Source: Phoronis australis
Lineage: Eukaryota > Animalia > Phoronida
Direction: 5' to 3'
DNA: 64,000 nucleotides
Assembly (NCBI GenBank): GCA_002633005.1
Contig: NMRA01000082.1
Location: 348,576-412,575 of the forward strand
Shown piece after piece: positions 37,201 through 49,512 of this stretch. The position numbers were made by a program, and so were the translations under genes. The first letter of the stretch is position 1; each line of letters starts with the position of its first letter. Under the pieces are notes generated by a model. The model saw nothing but the letters and a program-made list of their open reading frames with translations. It had not been told where the DNA came from and did no database searches.

Positions 37201-39458
37201 GTCTGTCCATAATGGCAAGTTCATAAAGTGCGGCTTGAGTGGAGATGGGGAATTCGGGCAACACATTTTCTTTTAAATAACTTCATGTTTTGAATGTGAC
37301 ATTCCTGTGTGCCCTAACCATTGTTTTTGTCCAACTTTTGACAATCTGTTCACCAGTTGGGAAGTGTAGCTATTCCTAACAAATTTATTATAGAATAACA
37401 GAGCAATACAAGCGACTTACTTAGCCGAGGGATGACTATAAGTAAGACTAAAGTGCAATATACATGTTCTGGCATAACGATGTTAGCCCGGGTGTATTAA
37501 TTCCCACGTCATCGACTGAAAAACGACTGGATGGGAGCCACCAAACCTGGGCCCGGTCTCCAATATCCGTACTCAGACTCGAATCATGCTCAATCTCACA
37601 CTTCATACTCAACTCGAGTACAGACTCAGCTTTGGTGTATTCAATGTCATACTCGAAAAATCTGTACTCGAAAATTCGAGCACGTACTCAGTTTTCGAGT
37701 GTACTCGAACTGAAGTGTATGTCATCTATATTTCGAGTAGGATTTTGAGTAAAAAATTCCGAGTCTATGCTCAAATTTCAAGTTTGGTACGGCAGTGTGC
37801 TTGAAATCGTACTCGAAAATAAATACGAGCCAGAGAACAAAATATCGAAAGGGAACCAGGAAACACAGCAAATCTAAAAAAATAAGTCCTCTTACCGTAT
37901 CTCAGCACTTCAATTTCAGTTCAGTGATAATATTTTTCATCGTAAATCTTCTTATTCTTCACCTTATTAACCCGCCGTATCACTGTATGTTTTGGCCGCC
38001 ATTCTACCTGTATAATTCCTGGCAACAGGCGCATTGTAATCCCTTGTCGGCGAGTCATAACAAGCATCGAAAGCAGTTGTGAGAAAAAGTCGTGTGAGAA
38101 GTTTGCGCTGCGCTTATTTCGGTATGTGTGCCTACGTTTTGTAGGGTTTCCAAAAGACGAGGAGGGGAGGGAAGTTAAAAACAGTTCGCTTCCCTGTCAG
38201 GTACATTTCTCATCATAACTTAGTCATCTATAATTCCTCAATCCCCAAATGGAATTCCAGATTTTGTTTGCCGATTTCTAAGTAGACGTCTCGTCCCGTT
38301 CACTGCCACTGGTGAACTCTGAATGCCTGCACAAGTATTGTTTTTTAACTCACGTGCCAAATGTCAACTCACTTGATACATCCCGGTAAAATACAAAGAT
38401 GCAGTATCAAAGTTTGACATCAGCGTAGGCCTACACAGCAATGGGTTTTATGTCAAGACTAAATTAGCAACAGAGATGTGATGTGGTAAGCTGTTACATA
38501 TTTCTTAAGACATTTTCGGGACTGGGTGAGGAACTCGAGAAGTAAAGCTTAATAATTGCCAAATGTATCAAAGAAATGGCATAAGAATATTTATTGAAAC
38601 TAAAAAATGAATATCAGTTACAGAACACTCAGAATTCCACGTTATAGACATACTGTTGTAGTTGTAGCGACAGCAGACGATAATGTAGGCCTAGTTCTTG
38701 GGGTGGTCTATTCCAATAGGGAGCGATGAATCAGCGCGGCTTTGCGTGATTTTGCATTTCACATCATAAAGAGTTCCATAGCAACTCTAGTATGAGTGTC
38801 AGCTTTGAGTACGTTTGGAGTGTACTCGAAATACGACATTAGATACGCTTTTTTGAGTACGACTCCAGTGAGCACGATTTTGAGTATGAAGTCTTGAGTA
38901 TGAGTATGAGTCTGAGTACGGAGATTGGAGACCGGGCCCTGGTTTTAGAGCCATCGCATGCTGTTGCTATGAGCACTTTATTGAGGTTCATAGCCGTTAA
39001 AGATGGACTGAAAATATGTCAGTGAAGGCTTGTTTTCGTTGCGCTGTCGTACATTGAACTACAGCATTATTTTTGTTGTTATAACTTACATCTGATTGAT
39101 AATACCTGATCATTAGTTGGATCATCGTCGGTGTGTTCGTCCGTGTGATCGTCGGTGTGTTCGCCGGTGTGATTGTCGGTGTGTTCATCATAGCATCATT
39201 CATGGAAACCATTTTTGATCATTTGTGATTGTTCAGCGATAAATCGTAGAAATTATGACGGCCGATGGGGAATGTTACATGAAAAAATTACATCAAAAGT
39301 CAATGTAAAGTCTTATTAACCAGTTATGCAAGTTTGTAGATATGGTTGGTATGAATTCATCATTTTATGATAAATTGGGATCAACCTGAATTGGCTTTGT
39401 ATAATACTCATGTTGTGACTCATTTCTGTTTCAGAAGGATCGCTGCGTGGTCATGTAA
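21983..39458 (+). CDS. Lam: Nuclear lamin (B-type-like, CaaX), 12 coding exons, 592 aa: join(21983..22213,27691..27860,30251..30383,31055..31204,31547..31717,32471..32596,32982..33202,33699..33918,34626..34730,35377..35493,36396..36506,39435..39458)
   Basis: All exons join in frame with GT-AG boundaries (1779 nt). Motifs: head [12 protein letters not shown] and [62 protein letters not shown], lamin-tail domain, EDLFHQQ and terminal CVVM. Confidence 0.95.
27691..27860 (+). CDS. Lam: Lamin exon 2 (coil 1B start)
   Basis: TCCAG|[46 protein letters not shown]...; donor AA|GTGAGT, phase 2. Confidence 0.95.
30251..30383 (+). CDS. Lam: Lamin exon 3 (coil 1B)
   Basis: TTTTTCAG| then (K)[44 protein letters not shown]; donor GTATGT. 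Confidence 0.9.
30648..30761. other. Assembly gap (N run) in lamin intron 3
   Basis: Run of n. Confidence 1.
31055..31204 (+). CDS. Lam: Lamin exon 4
   Basis: [50 protein letters not shown]; ACAG| acceptor, |GTAAGT donor. Confidence 0.95.
31547..31717 (+). CDS. Lam: Lamin exon 5 (L12/coil 2)
   Basis: [57 protein letters not shown]; 171 nt. Confidence 0.95.
32471..32596 (+). CDS. Lam: Lamin exon 6
   Basis: [42 protein letters not shown]; 126 nt, AG/GT bounded. Confidence 0.92.
32982..33202 (+). CDS. Lam: Lamin exon 7 (coil 2 end, intermediate-filament signature)
   Basis: [12 protein letters not shown]...[28 protein letters not shown](R); 221 nt. Confidence 0.97.
33699..33918 (+). CDS. Lam: Lamin exon 8 (tail start, NLS KRKR, Ig-fold start)
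   Basis: (R)[12 protein letters not shown]...[11 protein letters not shown]...[23 protein letters not shown]. Confidence 0.95.
34626..34730 (+). CDS. Lam: Lamin exon 9 (lamin-tail domain)
   Basis: [35 protein letters not shown]; donor GTAAGT. Confidence 0.95.
35377..35493 (+). CDS. Lam: Lamin exon 10 (lamin-tail domain)
   Basis: [39 protein letters not shown]; donor GTGAGT. Confidence 0.95.
36396..36506 (+). CDS. Lam: Lamin exon 11
   Basis: TACAG|[42 protein letters not shown] is the conserved pre-terminal lamin motif. The donor CAG|GTCCTT is weak. Confidence 0.85.
37543..38945. mobile_element. About 1.4-kb non-autonomous TIR DNA transposon in the last lamin intron
   Basis: TIR AAACCWGGGCCCGGTCTCCAATMTCCGTACTCAGACTC at both ends, with dense subterminal TACTC/GAGTA repeats. 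No TSD found. Confidence 0.85.
39124..39187. repeat. 24-bp tandem repeat, about 2.7 copies
   Basis: ATCGTCGGTGTGTTCG(T/C)C(C/G)GTGTG units. Confidence 0.8.
39435..39458 (+). CDS. Lam: Lamin terminal exon encoding the CaaX box (KDRCVVM*)
   Basis: TTTCTGTTTCAG|AAG GAT CGC TGC GTG GTC ATG TAA, phase 0; followed by a long T-rich putative 3' UTR. Confidence 0.88.
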   Translation, partial: KDRCVVM

Positions 39459-42400
39459 TAACAGCTTTATTTAGACATCACCCCACTGACAAGATCAACT
39501 TTGTAGTTTACCACATGCTGTAATGTTGGCGGCATTTTACTCGGGATGTTCACACATCTAAACAACTTATCAGATAAAATCTAAAAATCTATTTTTAGTC
39601 ATACACGTATTCGTACATAAGGATTTTTGTAGTTCTTGTATGTCAGTGAAATGATTAAGCTGTGCGACTTTTGTATTGTTTATTTACCGGTGGGCACAAT
39701 TGTGGCAATTATATTGTTTGTAACTAGTTCATAAAAAGTGAGGAAGAAAATTTGCTTTTGGTAGGTCATCCCAGTATATTTGGTACGTCGTTTAGTACCA
39801 AAGAAACATGGCTAGCACTGAGAGCTTGTGGACAACTTTTTAATATTGATATTGTAAGCATTTGTCTTTCAATGGCTTGTAGAACTTAAGAAATAGAACT
39901 TAAGAATAGTCTGTGCAAGAGTGTTCAGCACTGTCCCAAGTACTGTTGAAGAGCAATCCTGTACCTGTGGTCAGATCAAATGGGTTTGCACTAACGGGGA
40001 ATTGATGGAATATGTCCTATATTGTATGCTTGTTAGGCAGCTTGGGGTCTCCACAACGATGTTCACTTTGCATGCCATTAGTAGGTCACAGTAGATCTAT
40101 GCTGCTTGAGACTTCGGTCAAAGCAAGGTAGGGTCTGATACAGTCACTGTCAACTTGGTAGCTATATGTAATCTAGTCTGGTCTGAGTATACTATAACCA
40201 TACATGCTGCGCAGACATCAAGTGTCGCAAGGTTCATGGCTGTCTTTGTTCTGAAGACACCTTGCTGACATGTCACAGGGTTTTTGTCAGGCTCGCGTTA
40301 CTATAGAATGACGTGTCGATGAGTATTTCATAGTCGCAGAGTTGTTGAAAATTAGGGATTTGTCAGTTGATAAGGAGGTGTCTTGTGCAACATGCTAATC
40401 AAAATTTCTCTCGATGTCGCCACGGAGATGCAACTTCTAAGGTGGAAGAGGAGGAGTCAACTGGATGAATTATTTTAAAGTGTTTATATTTCTACATGAA
40501 ATTGTAGCCAGCTGGTATTAAGTGCCAGTTTGTTGTTTTGTAACGTCCTATACAGATCTGATCATGTAGCCAAGCTTATTGGGAAATTTCTGTTCATAAA
40601 TACTAATTGTTCTTAGTGAACTAATGTGTGTATTTGTGCTTGCTAACAACCGGCGTTTTTTGGTTCGGGCATTATATTTGCAGATTAACAGCCTTGCTTG
40701 ATTGGGTGGGGAAAATTACCGAATTCAACGTGTTGTATTAAATATCTGCCGCTATAGACTACTGTTTGATGAAATTATAACATGTCTTTAATGATCCAGG
40801 GAACATCTGAAATACACTACGTGTATTTGACCTTGTTGAAAATTGAGGATTTTACAGGGTCTGTAATAATCTGATGAAATTCACGTGCTGAATTTCACCA
40901 TAGTTTTTTTACTAGTCATGGATGCTGCTCCAACGACCAGTGTTTTGTGGGTGAAACACTCCATTGCACTATTCTGGCCAAAGCTTCTACTTAGTGTCTT
41001 TCTGCTTACCAAACTGCAACGAATACTCAGTTTTCTTATTGGAAATCAAGATATGGCTGAGGGAACCTGGTTTGTTAATAAATTCTCTCTGCTTTGTGGT
41101 GAGTACAAAAGCTAACTAGTTTTTTTCTCATCAAAAAATATGTGAAGCTTTGAAGCGAAGATTTTTTCTGCCTTTCAAGTGATTTTGCGCTACTTTTTAT
41201 CTAGTTTCCTTTTCGATTTTCACCACCTTGACAAAGCTAAACGAATTTCGTTAAATTTATAATTAAAATTTGTGAACTATTTTGTAAACTACTGTTGGTA
41301 ACTTTTAATCACTTAACTTTGGTGAATCAAGAACAGTGTATTTGTATTTGATTTTTTTATATTTTTGTACGTTTTGACTCCTGATGGCTTTACCACATGT
41401 CAGTTGTCACTGCTTTGTTATATTTTAGGTAGGCATAGGCGACAGGGTCATTGTAAGATGGTTAGTTTTATACTGTGTGTGTTTCAAGCTCTGGAACGAA
41501 GCGAAGCCAAAGCCTGGAGGTTGATGAGACCCTGTCTATATGTTGTAGATAGGTGATAGGATTTTAGATTGTGCAAACTTTTTGTTTAATATATGGTCTG
41601 CTTTTCAATAACAACATTGTCTGTTTTACTGATTGGTCAGTCTATGAGTGTAATTGCTCTTCATGTATGGGTTGAATGGAATGGCGTTGCAGCTCAACGG
41701 AGGGACAAGGTAATAACTTCGCATTGGAATGACGAAAACTATTTTTTGCTCCAGATTATGGATTATATAGCCATCAACGTCAAAAAGTGAAATCAAATTA
41801 AAAATCACAGGGTTATTCAAAGACTGTAAGCCATACAGATGTATCTGGAAGATATTAATCTTCTGTATCACTGACAGTAAAGACACTACTCAGGTCTTGG
41901 AATTTTCCTCTTAAGAGGATTCTTTTTTGGTTTCGATTTTCTCTAATTTAATTTCCAGTTTCCTCTTTCTTCGTCTCTTTTTTAATCATTATTTTGACTT
42001 TATTCCCGCACAAACGTTTATTTCAGATGAATTTTACAACATGAACATTATTTCCGTCACACAAGCCTGTTTATGAAATGATACCTCACCTGGAAAATTT
42101 TGCTTTTGTGTCCATGCTCATTCCAAGCCCTGGTTACTGATACGCTTGTTCTCACTTCATGCCGCCATGTGGCACTGCTTCTGATCAATAACTGCTGCAG
42201 TAACAAAACTATGTCGGCGGAATTTTATCAATCACTAGTTATCTTTAAATAGAACAATTGACGTGAAGAAAAGTTGGAACACGCTTAGATAAAGGAACGG
42301 TAAGACTAATAAACTTGCGTATCATATTATTATAAATATGTCACAAATTCTGCCACTAATCTCACGACTAATCGAAGTTGGAATGATTAGCCGGATACTA

Positions 42401-43899
42401 GACGCTGACAGCCCGTACTCGTGTTTGATAGCATTGTATAACAACCCTTTCTGCTACTGAAGATCGTGTGTTACAACTCTCAACCCGTATAGAAAACCCC
42501 TATGGATCGGTGCGCTTGTGCTCGCCATTTGTGCACAAATATCAATCCATATATCTGCCCAAAGGACAACGTATTCTGAGGTAGAGCCATATGCGCACTA
42601 GAACGCAGTGCCTCCTTTTGGACGTACGGCATACACGTTTTACTTCAGAGGTATCTGAACCATTTGCGCACAAAGGATTTGCTCACAGGCTTCCACGTAA
42701 GGTCATGTAGGGACCTTATCGTCTTGTCGGTGTATTTAGTCAAATATCTTCAAAACTATAGATTATAACCCTAACCTAAAATCCTGGATCCCCTGGTTTG
42801 AATAAAAAATTAGGGTTTGTTGCCGCTTTGAAATTCACAGTTGCTGCTGTTAGTCCGGCAATAAACTGTGGCGTTGAAATAGTGTCAAAACAGTGTTGCA
42901 GCCATACAGTGACATGACCAATGTAGTTTATTGACAGTCCTGTTGGCTGTGTACATGTTCGTGTTTCCTATCACCAACTGTGAGATCATGGTATGATGTC
43001 TCTTACATCGTTTTCGTAAGATCGAGCACTGCGTGTCATTTTTGACACAAAGTACATTTTATTTTTACCAAAGAATTTGAATACCCAACTAAACATTCGT
43101 GAATTCGAACGGAAGTTTCGACAAGATTCGTTTAGACCTACTAGTAGTTTTGCCAAAAATAGACCGACAGCTAATTTTTTGTCAAAAACTAAAACGGTCA
43201 ACAGGTTCACCGCCGACGGTAGTTGAATTCGTGCGAAACTGGCGCCGGCAGTCTCAGTCATATACCAATATTAACTTAGTTTTCAACTTCGACAAGTCGC
43301 TAGGGAATTAGCGGTGTGGACGTGTGTGTGATATGACACCGATTATTACAAAGTGCTTGTTATCTATTTTCTATTATCACAATTCTCCGCGACTGATAAC
43401 AATGTGATATTCACGTTAGAATTATAGCAAATTGGTTATTATTCTGATGGCAAGCCATTGTCATAATTACGTGATGACCTAACTCTTGGAAATCAAACTC
43501 TACATCATCATGCCTCAGATTAGGAGTTGCGGTGGAAGATACCGTTTGAAACGTTTTCAAGTTTGCGCGCATATTATATTTCATTTGTCTTACCGTGCTT
43601 GATTTTATTTTATTTCTGTTTATGTTGAGAAAGGATTTGATCACGTCCGAACATTTCAGTTGATCCCTTATTGTTTAATTTTCAGATGTATTCCAAATTT
43701 GAACACCAATTTCATTTCAGCCAAATACACGTGCGCGGAAGAATTTAGTGAAGGTACATGAATTGTGCGAGTTGGCACACTCTTCGACCAGAAATTCCTA
43801 GTACGCCCATTACTGGCGAACGTAGAACAAAGTGTTACATTATCAGCAGCAATGATATATATTGGAGATGAGCACCGAGACGAATTCGAACCCGGCGAA

Positions 43900-46260
43900 G
43901 CCCTAATAACATTTGGAAAATTTTACAAAGATCTTTCAAAGCAGTGAGGACATACAACCGAGAACGCAAAAAAGACAAAATTGCCTCATGGAGAGGCCAC
44001 AGTTATCGCAGTCACCCAAAAATCAACGTCAGTCGGGGTCTTCTCATCAGGAACACATCTGTGGGGAAATTCTGGCTATGTAGTAGAATAGTGGAGAATA
44101 ACTCGACTTAGTAGCAGCGTTGTGTTGTGTTGTGGACAATCTCGGTCCGTCAGTGAGATGGTTGTATTCAGTAACTAAGTGTGGAACACTCAATTACACT
44201 AGAAAAGCAACTGGCAGTAGCAAGATGAGGACTGTCTTTATTAGACAAGTGAACGGCTTTATATACAAGTCACAAATATGTGGGTTGCATGCACTAAACT
44301 CTATGATTCAATATCCTACAGGAAAAAACAGGAAGCAACTATAAGAACTTTCACAACAATCATCTGAACTACTCTGTTGTGTTTGCCATATATGGTAATG
44401 GTCAGCTGTCTTGAGGCAATGTTTCTGTGAATGACCATTACGCAATCTTGTTTACTACAGAGATCATCAAAACATGTGTGGATGCACCGGATGGGTTGGT
44501 GGCTGACTCAGCTGACAGCCAAAACAAGTTTCTATAAACAAAAACAATACATTATCACGGAAATCCGTGACAACATCTGTCAATTTTTAAATGATCCGTC
44601 ACGCAGTTCAGCGTTTAAAGAGATTGGTGCAAAAATAAAAAAACAGTCATTACGTTCTGCAGAAATACAATGAATCCACACCAAAATGGAAAAATATCAT
44701 CATTTCCGTAATTTGCCAAGTTTCACAAAAATCCATCGATGACTAACTTCAATAATACAGAGGCAAACGTAAATATTACAGTTGCCACTAGGGGGCACAG
44801 CGGCAGTCTGTTGGGTCTGAAACTCGTCATAATCCGTTGTCAGCTCCAAAGGAACACACTCGCGAAATTTCACTTAGATCCTGCAAAAGGTTAAGGTGAC
44901 ACAGCCGTAGACGGAAAAAGTGCCAATAGCGAACGCCAAAGTAGTTGAATCCGTCCAAATATCAACATCAGCCGTTATCTCTTCATCAGAAACACATCTG
45001 CCAAGCTTCACAATGACCCTTTGAGTAGTTCCAAGTTGTGGGATAGAGGCAACACCAAAAACGAACATTAAACTTTAGAAATCACCACTAGGGGGAGCAA
45101 AATGTCTCAAATCCGGAAATCGCGGTAAAACATTGTTGACTCTCTAGATCTAGTTTCATGAAAATCCATCAATGAACTTCGAAGAAACGCAGGAAAATGT
45201 GATGGAACACAAATGTTACTAAGGGGGGCACTTCAATAGGATGAAACTCGTCATCATCTGTCATAAACCTATTTGCAAAATTTCATGAAAATCCATCCAA
45301 TGACTTCAAAGATAGAAAGGCAAACGTAAAAAATAAAATTGCCGCTAGGGGGCACAGCGGTAGTCGGATCGGTCTAAAATTCGCTTTCCACCGCCAGCTT
45401 CATAGAAACACAAATGCAAAATCTCAGGATCCTGCAAGGGGTTTAGGAGATATAGCAGGGGGACGCCGGACGCCCAGGCAGAGGTAAGGCGATATTGCAC
45501 CCAAATATATATATGTGGGTGCATAAAAATGCACCTAGGGAAAGTTGCAGGAGTGATATCCAACCGAAAATCAACTGATGCCGGCATAATGCCGTCACAC
45601 TTGTGTCGAGTTTATTGAGCACTATGCATACCATTAGGAAATCCTATTCTGCCAAAAAGTACTAGGGTAGAATAAAAGGTTGCGTTTCCTGTTCTAGTAT
45701 GATGTCCTACAAGCCCACTAATGCCAAATTTCATTAAAATCCGACCGTGGCTTTTCATGATATCGAACAGACAACAACATGGCCACTATAGAAGGTGCTG
45801 CAGAAGTTGAATTCGCCAGAAAACCATTACCGTTACATACATCTGCGTGAACTTTCTGATTGAACTCCGCCAAACGGTTATGTAAGATATCATCCCGATG
45901 CCCTTCCCTCAAAACTACTGAAAAAAGCCCTATGTCGAGAACAAAATGTTCACAACAGTAGTCGCTTCGACCGGAAACTCTAGAGGTGACTACGCATTGC
46001 CGTCACATACTTGTATCTAAGTTTTGTTGCAATCTCTCAGTGTGTTCCCCAAACGCTAAAATGCAGCAAAAGCCCCGCACCTCCTGAGAACGAGACTGAA
46101 AAGTGGCATACAACGCATTAATTAGTGACGATCTACCCCTCAGTGGTGCCAAATTTCATCAAGATCTCACGATGGGTCCTTGAGATATCGAGCGGACAAC
46201 TGGCTAACCACCGGTCTGGATGAGGACACCCACACCTATATACGCAGGGGCATAAAAAGC
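43900..46260 (+). mobile_element. Helentron/DINE-1-like non-autonomous element cluster with internal degenerate tandem units (boundaries approximate)
   Basis: Recurrent AAATTTCATGAAAATCCATC and TTGCCACTAGGGGGC units. 3' hairpin TGCACCCA...TGGGTGCA followed by TAAAAAT (45496-45530); a second end GGGGCATAAAAA near 46250. Confidence 0.55.
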
Positions 46261-46397
46261 TATTATAACTCTTCAAAAATAACGTCTACATTGTATAACA
46301 AAAGCCTCGAAAGCTACAAGGAGGCGATATAATTTCCATTAAAATTTCGTCTGCAAAGGTTTACGTTGTGGCGACTTCCACAATTCATTGCGCCTGC

Positions 46398-46606
46398 TTA
46401 GTCATCGTCACGTGAGTGTACAATCATGGTGAAGTCTGCGGGTGTGTTGGTGACGCCTGTAATGGCCAGACGATCTCGCTCGGCCACGTCACTACGATCA
46501 TTCATAAATTCGTCCGTTAGGTTGAAGGTGAAGTTTTGCAACATCCGAACACAGAAAAGAAAGGCAATTTCTCGGAACACGGGTTCTCCGATGCAACTTC
46601 TTTTAC
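46398..46606 (-). CDS. P450 coding exon 5 (heme cysteine, stop)
   Basis: TTTCCAG|(G)KRSCIGEPVFREIAFLFCVRMLQNFTF...SRDDD*. Confidence 0.92.
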
Positions 46607-46789
46607 CTGGAAAGAAAACATTTAGACTCATCTCTAAATGTGTGTTTCAGCAACATTCAAAGATATTTCACTGGTTTTCACTAGATTAAAAACATAAAGA
46701 TTCTCATTTAAGAGATGAATATTTCGTCAATTACAACTCTTTATGCATTTGCAATTTACGTTTGCTATCAAGTTTATTTCCTCCATAAC

Positions 46790-49400
46790 ACTAGAGCAAC
46801 ACGGAGCGTTGATATGGTTCCAGCATGGACATACAGCGCAGATACAAAGGATATGCAGTCTGAAAAAAGGCAAAGGTAGCAAACTATAAAGTGAGTAGGG
46901 GTGGAAATGAAAGTCATTAACGCTCTGCACAATATGAACACACCTTCTACAAGGAGGATATGGAGGCGGACAACAAAGAGCAAACACAAATAAAAAGCCC
47001 GACTTTGGAGCGTAACGCTGGTCAAATCCGTTTGGAACGGAGTAGTTGCGGTGGTCGACGTGATCGTAAATTATTTGCCAAATTTCATGAACATCCATCG
47101 AGAAACTAAATAGATTTGAAGGCGAACGCAAGGACATTTGCTCGGTAAAACCGCCTACGACGAACTTTTGTTTCTTACGGGTTGGGATTACAATAAGCAC
47201 TCAGCACAGCGCCTGGACGTTCATAACTTGACTTTTGTTTGGGGATTAGGGAAATGCAATGGGTGTCAGATATAACCGCTGCATGTTGGAGTGGCGATAT
47301 TTTTCCACCCATTTTAGTCACTTCGGACCATAAAAACTGAATTCGTGATTGAAAATTGGACCTTTTCATGGCCTGAACTGCAAAAATTGGCCAACTCATC
47401 GCCGGGCTTTATTGCAGTTTCTGTTCCTTTTCTGAACAGATATGCCCCAACACCTGAGCAACACAATGGGGTGACTTGAACTTTGTATACCATCGCTTAC
47501 CAGAATGATTTTAATACCCTCAAAATTGTGGTGAAATTTGAATGGGGGAGGTCTTCGTGAAAACGAAATTGCCACTGGAGGGCGTCACAGCAGCTAAACC
47601 TTTCTGAAAATCACTGTCAGTCATGTACTTCCCATAAAAAAAAACGCCAAATTTCATAATGTTGGCTTAGACTGGTTTAACTGACAGAGGCAAACGCAAA
47701 AAGTAAACGCAAAATAATCACAAGAACAGAACAAAACGTTGAAATGGGCCCATGACTGCATTGCAAATGGCAATCTACTAGGGATTTTAATCAGTATATT
47801 CACAATGGCACCATATAACGTAGAATACACCACGAACCAACCTGAAAACTGGAAAGTGTCTTTGTCTCCATGTAGAAAACTAGTTTGTGACGTTTCGTGA
47901 AAACCTGTCAATAAGGAACTCATAAGATGCTGAGAATACGAGGCAGAGCAGTAATTGGTTCCGTTCATCTAATCTTTTGTTGATGGGAAATGCACAAGCC
48001 AAATTTCACAAAAATCCTGTACGGAGGTTTAGGAGACAGTTGCACGTGCAATAATGACACAAGGAAGCACTGCAGTAGTTGGACTCTTCCAAGAATCAAC
48101 GTCAGTTTGGTTTTTGTCAGTCCGAACACATCTGCCAATTTTCATGAGGATCCTCACAGCGGCGTTGCAGATACAAAGACGGACGACAAAACTAAATTGG
48201 CAATAGTCAAAATGGTCACAAGGTGACGTCAATTCCGTCCCCAAATGGAAGGCGGGTTAATAGATGCTTTAAATCTCGGTTTTTAGTTCGTAAATATTGA
48301 TTGAAGACTGTCAGCCATTATTTTTTGCTTGGATCATAAAACTTTTGATTACACCTCTTATCTCAAACTACTTACACGCCACCTTCCATGAAAAAATTAC
48401 AAACTATGCCTCACCTACGCCAAATTGCATNCACTTCGGACCATAAAAACTGAATTCGTGATTGAAAATTGAACCTTTTCATGGCCTGAACGGCAAAAAT
48501 CGGCCAACTCAACGGGCATTATTGCAGTTCTATTCCTTTGCTGAACAGATATGCCCCAACAACTGAGCAACACAATGGGGTATACCATCGCTTACCAGAA
48601 GGATTTTAATACCCTCAAAAACGTGGTGAAATTTGAATGGGGGAGGTCTTCGTGAAAATGATATTGCCACTGGAGGGCGTCACAGCAGCTAAACCTTTCT
48701 GAAAATCACTGTCAGTCATGCAAAAAAAAAACCCGCCAAGTTTCATAATGTTGGCTTAGAACAGACAGAGGCAAACGCAAAAACCAAACGAAAAATAATA
48801 ACAAGGACAGCACAAAACGTTGAAATGGGCCCATGACTGCAATGCAAATGGCAATCTACTAGGGATTTTAATCAGTATCTTCACAATGGCCACCATATAA
48901 TGCAGAATACACCGCGAACCAACCTGAAAATTGGAAAGTGTCTTTGTCTCCAAATAGAGAACTAGTTTGTGACGTTTCATGAAAACCTGTCAATAAGGAA
49001 CTCCTAAGATGCTGAGAATACGAGGCAGAGCAGTAATTGGTTCCGTTCATCTAATCTTTTGTTGATGGGAAATGCACAAGCCAAATTTCGCAAAAATCCT
49101 GTACGGAGGTTTAGGAGACAGTCGCATGTGCAATAATGACACAAGGAAGCACTGCAGTAGTTAGACTCTTCCAAAAATCAACGTCAGTTTGTTTTTTGTC
49201 AGTCCGAACATATCTGCCAAATTTCATGAGGATCCTCTCAGCGGCGTTGCAGATACAAAGACAGACGACAAAACTAAATATTGGCAATAGTCAAAATGGT
49301 CACAAGGTGGCGTCAATTCCGTCCCCAAATGGAAGGCGGGTTAATAGATGCTTTAAATCTCGGTTTTTAGTTCGTAAATAATGATTGAAGAAGTCAGCCA
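46790..49400 (+). mobile_element. Same Helentron/DINE-1-like repeat family filling the last P450 intron (boundaries approximate)
   Basis: CCAAATTTCATGA/ACACATCTGCCAA, AGGCAAACGYAAA and GCCACTGGAGGGCG units shared with 44-46 kb. Confidence 0.5.
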
Positions 49401-49512
49401 TGATTTTTTGCTTGCGACATAAATTTTTTGATTACACCTCTTATCTCAAACTACTTACACGCCACCTTCCATGAAAAATTACAAACTATGCCTTACCTAC
49501 GCCAAATTGCAT
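47319..49512. repeat. About 1.1-kb tandem duplication (47319-48430 and 48432-49512) joined at a single N
   Basis: Both copies start CACTTCGGACCATAAAAACTGA and end CCTACGCCAAATTGCAT. Confidence 0.92.
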
